A stretch of DNA of 62,342 nt, counting the filler, from Platydemus manokwari (Eukaryota), in NCBI GenBank assembly GCA_037951405.1. It is 6 parts of 6 records of this genome, joined end to end, with 100 filler letters (N's around TTAATTAATTAA, not from the genome) between each part and the next. Parts side by side here need not be neighbours in the genome. Positions count along the whole stretch, not along the records: positions 1 to 11,542 come from JBBMOY010608882.1; positions 11,643 to 21,479 come from JBBMOY011198432.1; 4 more parts are not named here. One strand, 5' to 3'. A program made the position numbers and the translations under genes. Shown in pieces: positions 1 to 12,405 of the stretch; the stretch's first letter is position 1, and each line of letters opens with the position of its first letter. Below the pieces are notes generated by a model. It was not told the origin of the DNA and did not search any database. It saw only the letters and a program-made list of their open reading frames with translations.

Positions 1-72
<72 letters not shown>
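1..72. repeat. (ATT)n microsatellite
   Basis: Perfect ATT trinucleotide run at the window start. Confidence 0.98.
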
Positions 73-3000
73 TCACATAAGATAATGTTTTGATTATTTT
101 TTCGGTTTTTAATTTATATTTTTGGACATTTTTTCTCTCGAAATAAAATCTATTGCTTTGAAACATCAAAAGAGATCAGATTTCATCATTTCTTCAAGAG
201 CTCATAAAATGTCATTTGTCATTTTATATTTCAGTCATTTAACCAATAAATCTCGAGAAATCCACTTGAAAATTTAATTTCCACAAAACATTATTATAAA
301 ATTAATAAAATGAAATCTGAAAACAATTTATTCAATTGGGAAAAAACAAGTGTTTCGTTTGTTTTTGTCTTGAAGAAGTCAAAAATAAAATTTTTCTCAC
401 TTTTTGAAGACAAAATAATGCCGTAAGTGATTTCTAACAATTTTCCTGATGGAAATATAATTTAATTGAAGATAAATAAGAAAACATTTGTTTACTGACG
501 AAACGACCGATTAAATCGCTATTGTTAATTAATTTTAAAAGGGCTTTGTTTACCTGCCTCGTATTCCAGTCAGACAAATCTTGTGGGCAACTCTCAATGA
601 GACATTTGATTTAATTCAATTTCCTGAAATCATCTTCCAGAATTAATTTCATGATCACCACCATTAGTTTAAATTTTGATTATTCGATATTTGGTTATGC
701 TTTAAAATTAAAATGAAACGAGTTTTTCGGTTGTTATCTTCAGTAGTTTTTTATCCATCGAATTTCCATTTAGATTTTGAAAGCTATTTTGGAAAATAAA
801 TTAAAAATTCTTCATATGAATACTTCTAATTGAACTGAAATAATTTATTAAAACAAATCTATTGAATCGTTAATAACGCTTTATCTCAATCATTGGGATT
901 GCAATGATGAGATTAGTAAATATGTTGTCATGATTTGAAATCAATGTGAGAGAAATAGATAATTATTTTTTCCCCTATATTTTCTTCATTCGCTTTAATG
1001 GATTTAAAAAAACGTCAACTTTCCACATATGAAGTAAAATGTTTTCATTTGAGATGAAAGACATCAACACCAGAAGAAGTTGATAGAATCTTAAATTAAT
1101 TGGTCATGTGTTTGTTGCATTGCCGTATGTTAATTTGTTTGTGCTTGCTGACATTATACAAATAGAGAGAAACACGGAGATTTTTGGTGTTTGATATCGT
1201 GCCGAGTCATTTTACCGGTTTGTGTTTTTTTTATTTCTTTATTTTCCTTCAAAGAGAAGTTCAAGTGGTGAAAATTTTATTGATTTCTGATGAGATATTT
1301 TTAATCCTTTTTCAACAAATGGTATCATGTCATTCAAATTAGAGAGACATGTAATGTGATCTATTTGATCTTCGTCGTTACAAACATTCTTGTCATCAAG
1401 ATATTAATCAGTGAATACTGAATTTTAAAATAAAAACATCATTATCGTTAATAGAATTCAGACATTAAAACGTGTCCATTAGGATCTTCGATTATTCAAT
1501 CAACTGATCCTCACTGCCTACGTTTGCCATCGCTGGGTAGAGCAGAGGAAAATGAAGATGATCAAGAAAATTAAGCCATAGAGATAGTCAATATGTTTAC
1601 AACAATGATCAATTATAATTTTATCATTTTTCTAACTCTTTATCCTTCATCTTTCATACTCAGTAGCATGAAGGCATTTAGCAAGAATTCATATAAAGTA
1701 AAAAAGTTTAGCAAAATCAACTAAAACATATGAATATAATATATATTAATAAATATACAAATTAAATATAAATTCATAATAAATAAAATAATTTTATTAA
1801 ATTTCGTGACTTTATCATATTTGCGATGGTGAATTATAGTCATAGACTTACCTGCATTTAATTCGAAAAGAAAAATAAATTTATTTATTTTAAAGATCAG
1901 GAAAATAAAACTAATAAAAATTATTACTGATAATTTATAATTTAAGTATACAAATGGATTAAAATAAGTCAAATTAGACCATTTTCGCAGAAAGAAAGCA
2001 CAGAAAATAAACTAATAAATTGAAATAAGAAGACTATAACTACAATTAGAAATAAAGTTTCAAGAAAGTCTGTGATTCTTGGAAATACCAGACAAAGTTA
2101 ATAAAGTCAAAATCATCTATTCATTCGTGAATTTTATCGAGAAAGAATTAATTATATTTAATTATAAAACAACCGTACACCAGTGATCATATCGTTTTCA
2201 AATATTATAAAATTTATATTCGAAGGATAATTTACAATGACCACCAGGCACTGTTGCATTCTAGGAGTTTACAATTAAATTACTTTCAAATTCTCTAAAA
2301 GTTTCAGTTAATCTACAATTTTTGGTACATAATATTACATTTTTATCCCAATTTGAGTTTTGATTTACAGTATTGTTGATTCTTTTATGGATTAAAATCA
2401 ACAGGTTTCGTAAATAGTTTTGAAGTTTTTGATCTTTGTTCACTCAATGAGATTGGTCTTTCATTTTTAAGATAAGAGTTCAAATGCAACGAAATTATAA
2501 TCAATTTAAAATTTCAAACTGCCTGAGTGCACTGAAAAATATCCATTGACATTAATAATGACACATTCATAGACATATAAAAACCAAATATAATTTATCA
2601 CAGCGCTCGTTAGATTTGTAGGCGAGTGATTGACTGACACTTAGAAATCGTGTAATACTTTTAATAAGCTAAATAAACATTTTATCCTACATTTTTGGTA
2701 TTGCCCATTAACTTCTGGCCTACCCTGTATATTTGATAGTTTATTCCAAAAATTGTTTATATATAGTTAATATATCTTGCACGTTTATTTAAGCTATATA
2801 AACTCTAATTGAATATTTCCAATATTTAAATTTGGCATTCTTATTATTCAACTAATTACTTTCCCAGCTGTTTAATTCTCGCTTGGTTTTTGTCTTTCTT
2901 TTTATTTATCTTGAATTGACTTTTTAAATCAAATTACGTTTCCTAATTTACCATATTAATCTTTGGATTAATTTACTTAAAATTGATTTTCGGGAGTTTG

Positions 3001-4399
3001 CAGCTTGTTGATATTAATTAATTTAAACAATCAAGGCCTAATTAAAACTTTTAAATTTGTTATTAAATTTAAATTTAAAGTTATACTGGAATAATTTTCA
3101 AAACACTAACAGGAGTATGTCAATAAATGGTGTAACTTTGGTTTTAATAAAAGTTTTTGCACCTTTTCATTAACTATGACTTTCAATAGATTTAAACCAA
3201 ATTATACAAATATTTCATATGCTTTCAGTGTAAGGTTGAAGGGTAAATAATTCAAGTAATATAATTGATAAGTTCATCATTGAATTCATTTTCTATTTTT
3301 ATTCATTAACAAAAAAATATATAAAAAAATAACAAAATGAAAATATTTTTAGAGTTTTGAAAGAACCTTAATAATTATCAAATATATGCCATGTTTATTA
3401 ATGCACAGCAAATGAAGTAGAAATAATAATTAATTGATTGTTCTACCAGTTTATTCAGACTGAAAATATATGATGAACATATTAAAATAATGAAACAACA
3501 AATCTTCTTATTTTCATCTACACTTGGTTTTGATTCATCGGGAATTTCTAATAAGGTAATCTAATTATCTTATTAACAACAACAACAACATATAGCGAAC
3601 AAGAATAAACAGATTTCCTAATTTTCCCCAGAAGATTCTCATAATCAAATGAATTTATTCGAAAAGTGAGCAATTTTATTCATTGAGGATATAACAGATA
3701 TTTTATCAATTATTCAATAAATTCTGTCAATAAACTATTTCATTGTTGTCATCTGAAAAATGGTTTTCCGTAGATAATTTAAAGAAAAAAATTATAATCG
3801 AATAAGATTGAAATAATTATAGTATTGTCAATCATTGATTTGAATTCCTTTTCTACAGCAATTTCCTTGGATGCTGAAAGAGCTCATTTCAATTCAGCAC
3901 CTGATAAAGTATGATAGTTTTATTTATCCTCTGGAGTTGGAATGAAATGCAATTTGATTCTAATGTGATGATAATTATTTTCAAAAATGTCTAAGCATCC
4001 TGTGAAATATAAGTGATTTCCTATTGACGATTACTATCGATATGCAAACTGCTTCTCTGAAGTGATTTTGAGTTGATTATACTCTGAACGAACGCGATTA
4101 ATTTCAATAATTACGCTGATTAAGCAAACTTAGCTGCATGATTGTTGTCGACAGTTACATTGACAGCTTATATTTATCCTTATTTGGTTTTTATTGTTAT
4201 ATATTTTTGACTTTCCACTCATTTTCAATAATTTGATGTGCCTATATTGTCTTTTATTAATCATAATTTTATTTTTCGTCACTTTCATTCATTAGTTTTG
4301 TCTGATTTAAATGTAAGATCAAATTATTATTTCGTGATACGAAGAGAAAATTTTTGTGAGAGTGGGTAAAATTTGAAAGTCTACTAATCGAGATGAAAC

Positions 4400-7300
4400 C
4401 GAATAAAATTATAGTTGACCAATAGTAAGGTAGATTTGATATTAAGTTGAGGAGAATTTGAGGTTGAGAGTGTTAAATAAGATCAAAAGTCACAAAAAGC
4501 ACTGGTTTGACACATTGTAACCATTGTTTCGAAATTCTACATAAGCATAGGGTTACACAGCTATACAATATTTAATAGTGTGTTAATAGGATGAGCAATA
4601 TCTGAGCAAATTTGTATAATTTTCTATAGTAATTTGCAAGTTCGAGAAAAGATCTAACTTCATCAACAATGGCTGTAATCAGAAATTTTAGAATTATTTC
4701 TACTCACGCTGGGTTTGGTTTCAAATCTTTTCTAGAAATGTTATGACCAATGTGTGTGACTCCTGACTTGTCCCAATCGCATTTTGAATCTCTAGAGTTC
4801 AAGTTTGCTAATTTGAATATTTTAAATACTTTTTCTATATCAACTAAATGTTCTTTAAAATCTTTAGAAAAATATTGATATCATCAATATGCACCATTGC
4901 AAATGTGACATCCTTGAGTATAAAGTCAATAGCTGTTTGAAAGATTGTAGAAGCTTTTGTTAAACCAAATGATATGACATTGAATTAAAATAAGCCATCA
5001 TCATCGATAAACGATGTTTACAATTTAGCCTACTCAATTGCAAATTGACAATATACTTTGTTTAAGTCAATTGTAGAAAATATTTGGGAATTTTCTGTTT
5101 TATCATAAATAATTAGTGAAAGAGATAATGGGTGACTGCACTTAACTTTCGATAGTTCACATACCATTTGATGCTACAATATTTCTTTTTTACCAATACC
5201 ATTGGAAATCCCCATGCAGTAAACTAGGTCATAAGATATTATTCTCAAATATTTATTGTTTTTGTTTTCCGCTGTCTTCCAAGTGAGCATATGGTATACA
5301 GTATGGTCTGAATCTCATGTCTTCTTGTCTACTAACAATGGCATTACATGTTCTACTACATGAGTACTACCTACATAAAATTATTGTCTAGCTATTATTT
5401 CCCCAGCAATTTCAATTTCACTTTTTGATTTTCATTTATAATGTGGATATCAATTTTTTATATTATCATATTTTTTATTTTGATTTTATCAACAGACTGA
5501 TCAACATTAGATATGGTTGATGATGAGAACTGGAATTTAGCGTTATAGTTGTATTTTCAAAATTAGTTAAACGAGCAGATATCCTTTGATTCTCTATTAG
5601 TACTAATTCACAAATGATTCATTTCATATTTTTGTATGAACTGTTGATTTGGTTCAAATAATAAGCATCCTTTGTCAGATTCGCGTGTGCTAGCATAGTA
5701 TACAACCACTGAACGTATGGGTTTAGTCAACATACTATCTAAATACACTTCATTCGATTTATACATTGACTTGTCCGAGAAGGCTTCGACAAAATTTCAT
5801 GTTCGTAAATCCAATGCTATATTTCTTCGTTGTTATAGTATATCCATTCCTAAAAAGTATTTGAATGCACAGCCTTTCATTATAACTAAAATGTTCTGCA
5901 TTATTTCCCCTGTCATTTTAATATTAACCACAATGATTTCTACAATTTGTGGTGTCGATCCTATTATTGTTTTCATACTTTCTTCTATCCGAACTATATT
6001 TCTTCTTTTTGTGTTAGAAATCCCTTTATATTATTTTAATACTTAATCCTGACTCAATCATTGTATCAACTTGTTTGTAATTTAACTTAATTCGTGTGGA
6101 AAATGTTAGACACTTATGCGCTAGTGTCATATACGTGTGAGCCAGGTTAATACCAATTGATTTCTTTTTCTCTACACTCCAATTTACTTCTGGTATTTCC
6201 TATAAGAGAGGTTTCATTTCTTTCAGTTCTCTCAAAGAATAAAATGATGCTGGTGATTTAAATTTTACTGATATAAATAAATCATTTAAACGTGATTCAT
6301 TTTTGTTCTCTAATCGTTCTAATCTTAATAGGGTTCCTGATTCTTCCCAATTGGGTACTGATATATCTGAATTCGTCATTATTTTTTTCATCATCACCTG
6401 AGTTAAAGTCATTCTTTTCCTCATTCGGTTGGTAATTGTCCGTAATCAAACATGAGCTGAATTTCACTTTTCTTTTATTTCTTATTTCAGATTTAATTAT
6501 ATTCATTTCTTCTTACTGATGATTAATTATAAAGAATTTATTTAACTAAAAACGGAACATATCCTAAAATTATTTTCCACGAAACACCTATATATATACA
6601 ATAAGTAGACAATATCTGTTTAAATAGAACTTTTGTAAATGTAAAAAAAAACATACACTCCAATCAATACGATGGAGGCTAACAAATGAATAAGAACTTT
6701 TCCAAAATTTTCTCATGGCATATAGAGTTGCTTTTTATTAATGATAAGAGCTTAGCAAGTACTTTAAATTGGCTTGTCAACTTCCCTTTGATAGCAATAC
6801 GTTCTCTTTTTGATTGAAACAGTAGGTTAAATCTGACCCCGATCAGATCTCTTGGTAAATGCATTCCAGTAGCTGCTGAATAATTTAAAGATGTTAAATT
6901 TATTAAGCATCTCAATTTAGTTCTTACTTCTCCGAAAGGTTAATTATATTTCTATTTGACAGTGAAATCCAATCATTAGAGGTTATTCTATATAACGGAC
7001 TTAAGATGGAGTTAAACTCTCAGCTTATGGGTTTCTTCCTTTTATCCAAGATGATTCGAGTTATAGATTCCATAAAAGGCACTTTTCTTTCGAGATTGAT
7101 TGTAAGTTTATTTGTACACGTGTCGTAGTTCATTATTTGTACAGAAATATTTTTGAATCTGTAACTATATAGTACCTAGACTAGAACACAACCAAATTTC
7201 CCATTATAAGCAAATCACAGTTTCTACTGTGTTTGGGTTTGTCAACAACATTGTCATTCTTTTTCAAAGAATTTATTGATTGAGCATGCAGTCATTTAGT

Positions 7301-9103
7301 ATGATTTCTTTATATATACATTAGTTACTGTATTTTGATCAAAATGAAGAGTGTTGTTCAGTTTATCTCTGAGATACTGTGCAAATTTTATGTCAACTTT
7401 GTAGACTTTTTCTTCGACCCTTTCCAGCTTTATTTTTTATACATATAGTCTTTTGTAGCTAATCTGATATATTAATTCTGATTACGCAAGTTCCATCTTT
7501 GGTCAAGGTTGGCATCAGAAAAGTTGAAATTTGTTTCGCACTACATGAAATTGCTTTTATCTTACCATTAGGTGTTCTATCGTGAGGTCAACTATTAATA
7601 ACTTCATTTACACGTTCGTCTTTAACTTCCATTTAATTGGTTTCTTTCAGGAACGACAAATTATACTTCTTTGATTTTACATTGTGAATTAAGACCGACT
7701 CACCGGTTTGACAGCTTTGTGTTTTGAGTTGTAAAATAGATGAGTTTGCAGCTGCCCAGTCAATTAATCAAACACATCTTCCCATTGTCGTATTCTTCCA
7801 TTACTACAGATTTATCAACGATTTATCCGGAAAATTTATATGGCTCTCCTTCAGATTCTTCGTCGGCTTCTCCAGATCATCTAATCGCAGTGGATTCTCT
7901 CATTATATAATCTCTTTTCGCAGACAGTCTAATTTCGGTGCATATTTTTAATTTTCCGGTTTGAAAGGCTGCTTTATGATTTTCTGCATCTATCTCCAAT
8001 GGTCTGGAAATTGCCTACATCATAATTAACGATGTATGACTCCACTTGTGAAGATGAAATATGAAACTTATTTCCTACCAATGTTCTCTTTAATCTAAAC
8101 TTTAATTTAATTCGATTCCTGATATAAAATTAGTTCTCGTAATCTCCATTTGATATTTTCATCGGACATGTTTTGGGACATCCTATTATATCTATGAATA
8201 TATTCTTCCCATCTCTATTTTAGAGCAATTATACGCAATTAAGATTCTAACCTCATCTCCAACACCAAATATCATTATCATTGCCATGAAAAATTATTGC
8301 TCTATTCCAAAAGTTTCAGAATAAAATTTCAAATTTCAATGCTATACTATTTTTGTTCTTTGATTTCGTCAAATATATTCGATTTTTATCATTTATTAAT
8401 TCAATTTCATTAGATTCTCTGTTCTCCCCTTTTAAGAATTTTATTATTGTTAAAAATTTCATTGAAATGGCAAATTAAATGCTTCTTCTTGAATTCCATG
8501 TATAGCATCACTTTTTGTAAATTAAATTGGTCATGTTATTTATTTTATCGATAATTCTTTCCTCATAATAAACCTCAACATTATTTTATTTGTTTTTCCA
8601 GCAATATATCCGTAATTTAACAATTTTTAATCACTATCTAAATTTTTATTACGAGTTTTAACACAAATTGGTGAATGCGTGCAATTCGACTTAGTGCCGT
8701 CCATAAATTTTATGATTGATGAAATTTCGATTTTATCCGTTTCTGTAGCATATGTGTTAGGTTGGGGAAATATGGATGTGGAATTCATTTCATATTTTGG
8801 TCGAATGATGCTGACAGCGTTTCAATTTCTCCTATATAACGTCTTTCATGACCTTCAAATGGATTTTATTTCTTCTATTAATCTGATTATATGCTTCTCT
8901 CGCTGCAACTTGACGTAAAGAGAAGGTTCTCTCACTGGGTCTCTTCCCTATTTATCGACTGTTAACTTCTAAGAACTACCAAAATCTGCTTTGGGAATCA
9001 CTTTGATCTGAGGTTAAACTTTTTGAAAATGATGGATTTTGTTGCCCTGATATTGATAATCTAATGTCACAAGATAAGTTTCTTTTCGATATCGGGCTCA
9101 CCA
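4400..9103 (-). mobile_element. Decayed Ty3/Gypsy LTR retrotransposon (gag-like region, protease and RT relics; many stops and frameshifts)
   Basis: Minus-strand translation gives RT motifs: QIFSTIDLNKVYCQ (~5050-5090), GLF*FNVISFGLTKASTIFQ (~4935-5000) and AMVHIDD (~4879-4900, decayed YxDD). Aspartic protease relics: VDTMIESG (~6048-6072) and YFLGMDIL (~5840-5862). A PBS lies at the upstream end. Boundaries are approximate. Confidence 0.85.
9092..9103 (-). promoter_or_regulatory. Primer-binding site of the first Gypsy element, probably tRNA-Trp
   Basis: Minus strand TGGTGAGCCCGA matches the canonical Trp PBS TGGTGACCCCGA at 11/12 positions and lies upstream of the gag/pol relic. Confidence 0.55.
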
Positions 9104-11542
9104 ATTATCGGATCTATAAGAATTTAAGGTTGCAAAAGTTTTATTTTTACCAATAACTCCAAAATTCATCAAAATACTCCACAAATCAAATACAACAATA
9201 TCATGATATTCGGCATCCACCTAGCAGTTGGTCATCATTAGTTCAGTATTTAACGTGAGGTTTGTGTGTAGTTTGTGTATCAAATTTTGATTTGTTATTT
9301 AGTTCTCAAGTTTCAATTGAATTTATCGATTTTATTTGATCGGAATAGGCCAATGCCTATGTGTGGGTTATTATGTCTATTTTTCAAAGTAGAATCCTCT
9401 ATTTAAGTCCTCTCTGACTGGCTGTACGGTTATGAAAGCATGTATGTGTTTAAAGTGCCGAAACAAGGGTTCCAAGGTGCAAAGTGATTTTTCAATCATG
9501 TAGATTTATCTTAACATATAAATTAAACTCTTAATCTAGTATGAAAGTTAAGAGTTATTTTAGTGTTTGCTGATACCAAGGGCCAACGTCGTGATAAACT
9601 CACTTGCTGAACGATCACAAATATATAAAAACAAAAGCATAGAAACTCAAAACATTAACATTTTTGAAAATATTTTGAATTATTTATTATAAATATTTTG
9701 AAATCATCAAATATAAATATGATGATGGAAAACTAAATACAACAACAATTTTCTAAGCTTAGTAAAATCACAAAGAATATGCCGATATGAATAAGAACCG
9801 GGCAGATTCATTAGCACCAGATATTTTGAAATAGTAAATAAATAATTTATAATGATGAATGTAATTTTAAGTTATGGTTGAGATCTCAAAGCACTGGTTT
9901 TTCGGAAAGGCTTTTTGTGAATATTCAGAGATTCTTTTAGTTATTTAGTTACATCCATTAGATAAAATTAGTTCATTAATTTTCAATTATGGAGGAGAGC
10001 AATTGTCAAAAACTTTTTCTATATTTTCCCAATTGGATACACTTAGATAAATATTTCTGCTCAATTTGTTTACAACCGCTTTTACATAAGTAAGATATTA
10101 ATTTTAGAAAAGAGATGAACTGGGTAAAGAAATATGTGTGGCCTCCAGTTGGAGATTCATTAGATCAAGATAGGACTAAACTGATAGGAAATTTACCCGA
10201 ATAATTTAATATTTTTTTTATATTAAAGTTAAAAAAGGGTCGGCTTAAGTTAGGAAAAAGGGTCCTATGACCCAATTTTAAAGTAATGACTTTTCGTGAG
10301 TTATTTGATGTTAAAATTTATGTGTAGTAATATTTTATTAAAATTTTTACATAAAATTCAATTTTAGATAAAAAACCAAAATTCAACTCTAAGAATCAAA
10401 AACCATGTATTCCATGCCCGCTACTATATTTGGTACTTTCAAAACATTCCTCGACAATTTCTATAACTATACTTAGGCCTGGAATTATATTTCTGTGGCA
10501 TGATATTTCTTCAATGGCGAGGAATCTACAAATTTTATTGTATCTCAATTAATAATTTTTGAATTATTGGTTTTTTTTTTAATAAAAATTGTCAATATTT
10601 GTTGCCTATTAGTTTACTAATGGATATAATTTTTTAAATATAATTTTTTGTGTGAGCCCCGTGCACCAAAAGTACTTTATTAAGAAAGTTGAAAAGAGAC
10701 AAAGCTGAATTGTTGAACCTAGTCCCTATTTGAACTCCGAAACTTATGTATTTGTGGCATTTTCTCCTGTGCGATATATTTGATTTGGATCAAATTATCA
10801 TTTAATTACAACATCGACAGGTTTGGGATCTATGTATCCAATCTATTAAATAGATTAATTAATGCACTTATTTTGAGAGAGAACATAAGTACCTTGTTCC
10901 TGGCACTTCTCAATAATTTCAAAGTCACTTTTTTATAAAATAACTCTGAAAATCTTAGATATCATTCGGATTTCTTCTAATGTTAAAAGAAGGGGTCATC
11001 GTTAATTTTCAATTAATTGCAATTTGACCTACTTTGGCCCGTTTTTCAAATAATTAATTTTTAGGAGATTTTAAAAATCCTGTGCATGTATTATTTGATT
11101 CTAAATAACTAAACTTTTACTCAAGCACTTAAATAAAAAATTCAAAAAGTTATTAAAGAATTTAATTAAATAATCTATATAGATTTTTGCAATAGCCTCC
11201 ACAATTTTAAAATTTTACTTTAGGACCCTATTTTTTAACATTAGCCCAAATATTTATAACTGGAAAGTCAATTCGAATAAAGTTAAATATGCTGATAAAA
11301 ATGAAAATATTCAACGAATAAAATCACCGATATATTTTAAATGCCCAGCAAATCATCACAATTGGAAATGGATTTTTCATGAAATCTTTACCATCATTAT
11401 TTTTAGTTTTTTGGCGAAATTTGCTGATTATTAAAAAATTTCGAATTAATAATGAAATAGTTGTAGAAATCGTTCTCATTAATTCAGTGATTGGTGTAGT
11501 TGGTTTAATCGGAATAATTGTATTCTCGATATAATATTTTAT

Positions 11543-11642
11543 NNNNNNNNNNNNNNNNNNNNNNNNNNNNNNNNNNNNNNNNNNNNTTAATTAATTAANN
11601 NNNNNNNNNNNNNNNNNNNNNNNNNNNNNNNNNNNNNNNNNN
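11543..11642. other. Artificial assembly linker (N-TTAATTAATTAA-N, 100 bp)
   Basis: Identical 100-bp spacer recurs five times; its core carries stop codons in all frames. Confidence 0.97.
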
Positions 11643-11713
11643 ATATCCTATTGATTGATAATATATCAATCAAAATTTGAAATTGTCAAAACGGACATTA
11701 CTTTTCGGATGAC

Positions 11714-12375
11714 CTAATACATTACCATTATGGTGGTCGAGCTAGAAATTACTGTTCCAATTAGCATTATGTTTACGGTGATTTCATTTTGGAGTTTCTT
11801 ATTACTCAAAAAGGTCGTTTTAGTATTGTCTGATGTTCTCGTAACCTTTGTTGTTGTTTTAATAATGGGTTTTGTTGTTGTCTTCTTTACAGAGGGTTCT
11901 AGGACTACTTTTTCTTGATGAATTATGAACATAGGGTTACTTTTTTCATAATACCAGAAATATATATTTTTGGGGTTCTTAATATTAACATTCCGGGTGA
12001 TGATTTTTTCTGTGGAGTTTATTTTATACTGATGTTCGTTTAAATGCACTCTTACTTCAAAGCATTTTAAATCTTCCGAAATGATTTTAACTTGATTTAG
12101 CAACTTTTCGATGAATATTTTTCGGGGTAACCCGGGTATGCCTCTGGGCATTTATCGATGTCTAATAATGAATATTTTTGTTCCCAATCTGGTTTTCCAC
12201 AGTCGTAACCATCTATTCCTGCATCTGCTCCTCCTATTAATCCTACTAGGTACATTGTTAATAATGCTTGGACTATGGTGGTAAATTTAGATTTTTGTTT
12301 AGGCTGTTGTTTTCTAATTGCTTTTCTTCCTTTTGAACTAAGACCTTTCTTTTTTTCAGGTAATTGTTCTATCAT
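11714..12375 (-). pseudogene. Env-like membrane glycoprotein (frameshifted near 12100-12150), N-terminus resembling chuvirus-type/BEL-Pao env glycoproteins
   Basis: Hydrophobic signal TIVQALLTMYLVGLIGGADA is followed by GIDGYDCGKPDWEQKYSLLDIDKC. After a frameshift come KLLNQVKIISEDLKCFEVRV, a Thr/Lys-rich stalk and a hydrophobic C-terminal segment (ITVNIMLIGTVISSSTTIMVMY). Confidence 0.6.
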
Positions 12376-12405
12376 TAATTTAGTCCATCCATTATTTTAG
12401 TTTAT

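Noticed and set aside
554-623. Possible minus-strand exon with AG/GT boundaries
   Set aside because: Stops in all three frames and no homology recognised.
11587-11598. TTAATTAATTAA palindrome recurring every ~10 kb
   Set aside because: Embedded in N runs; an artificial linker, not biology.
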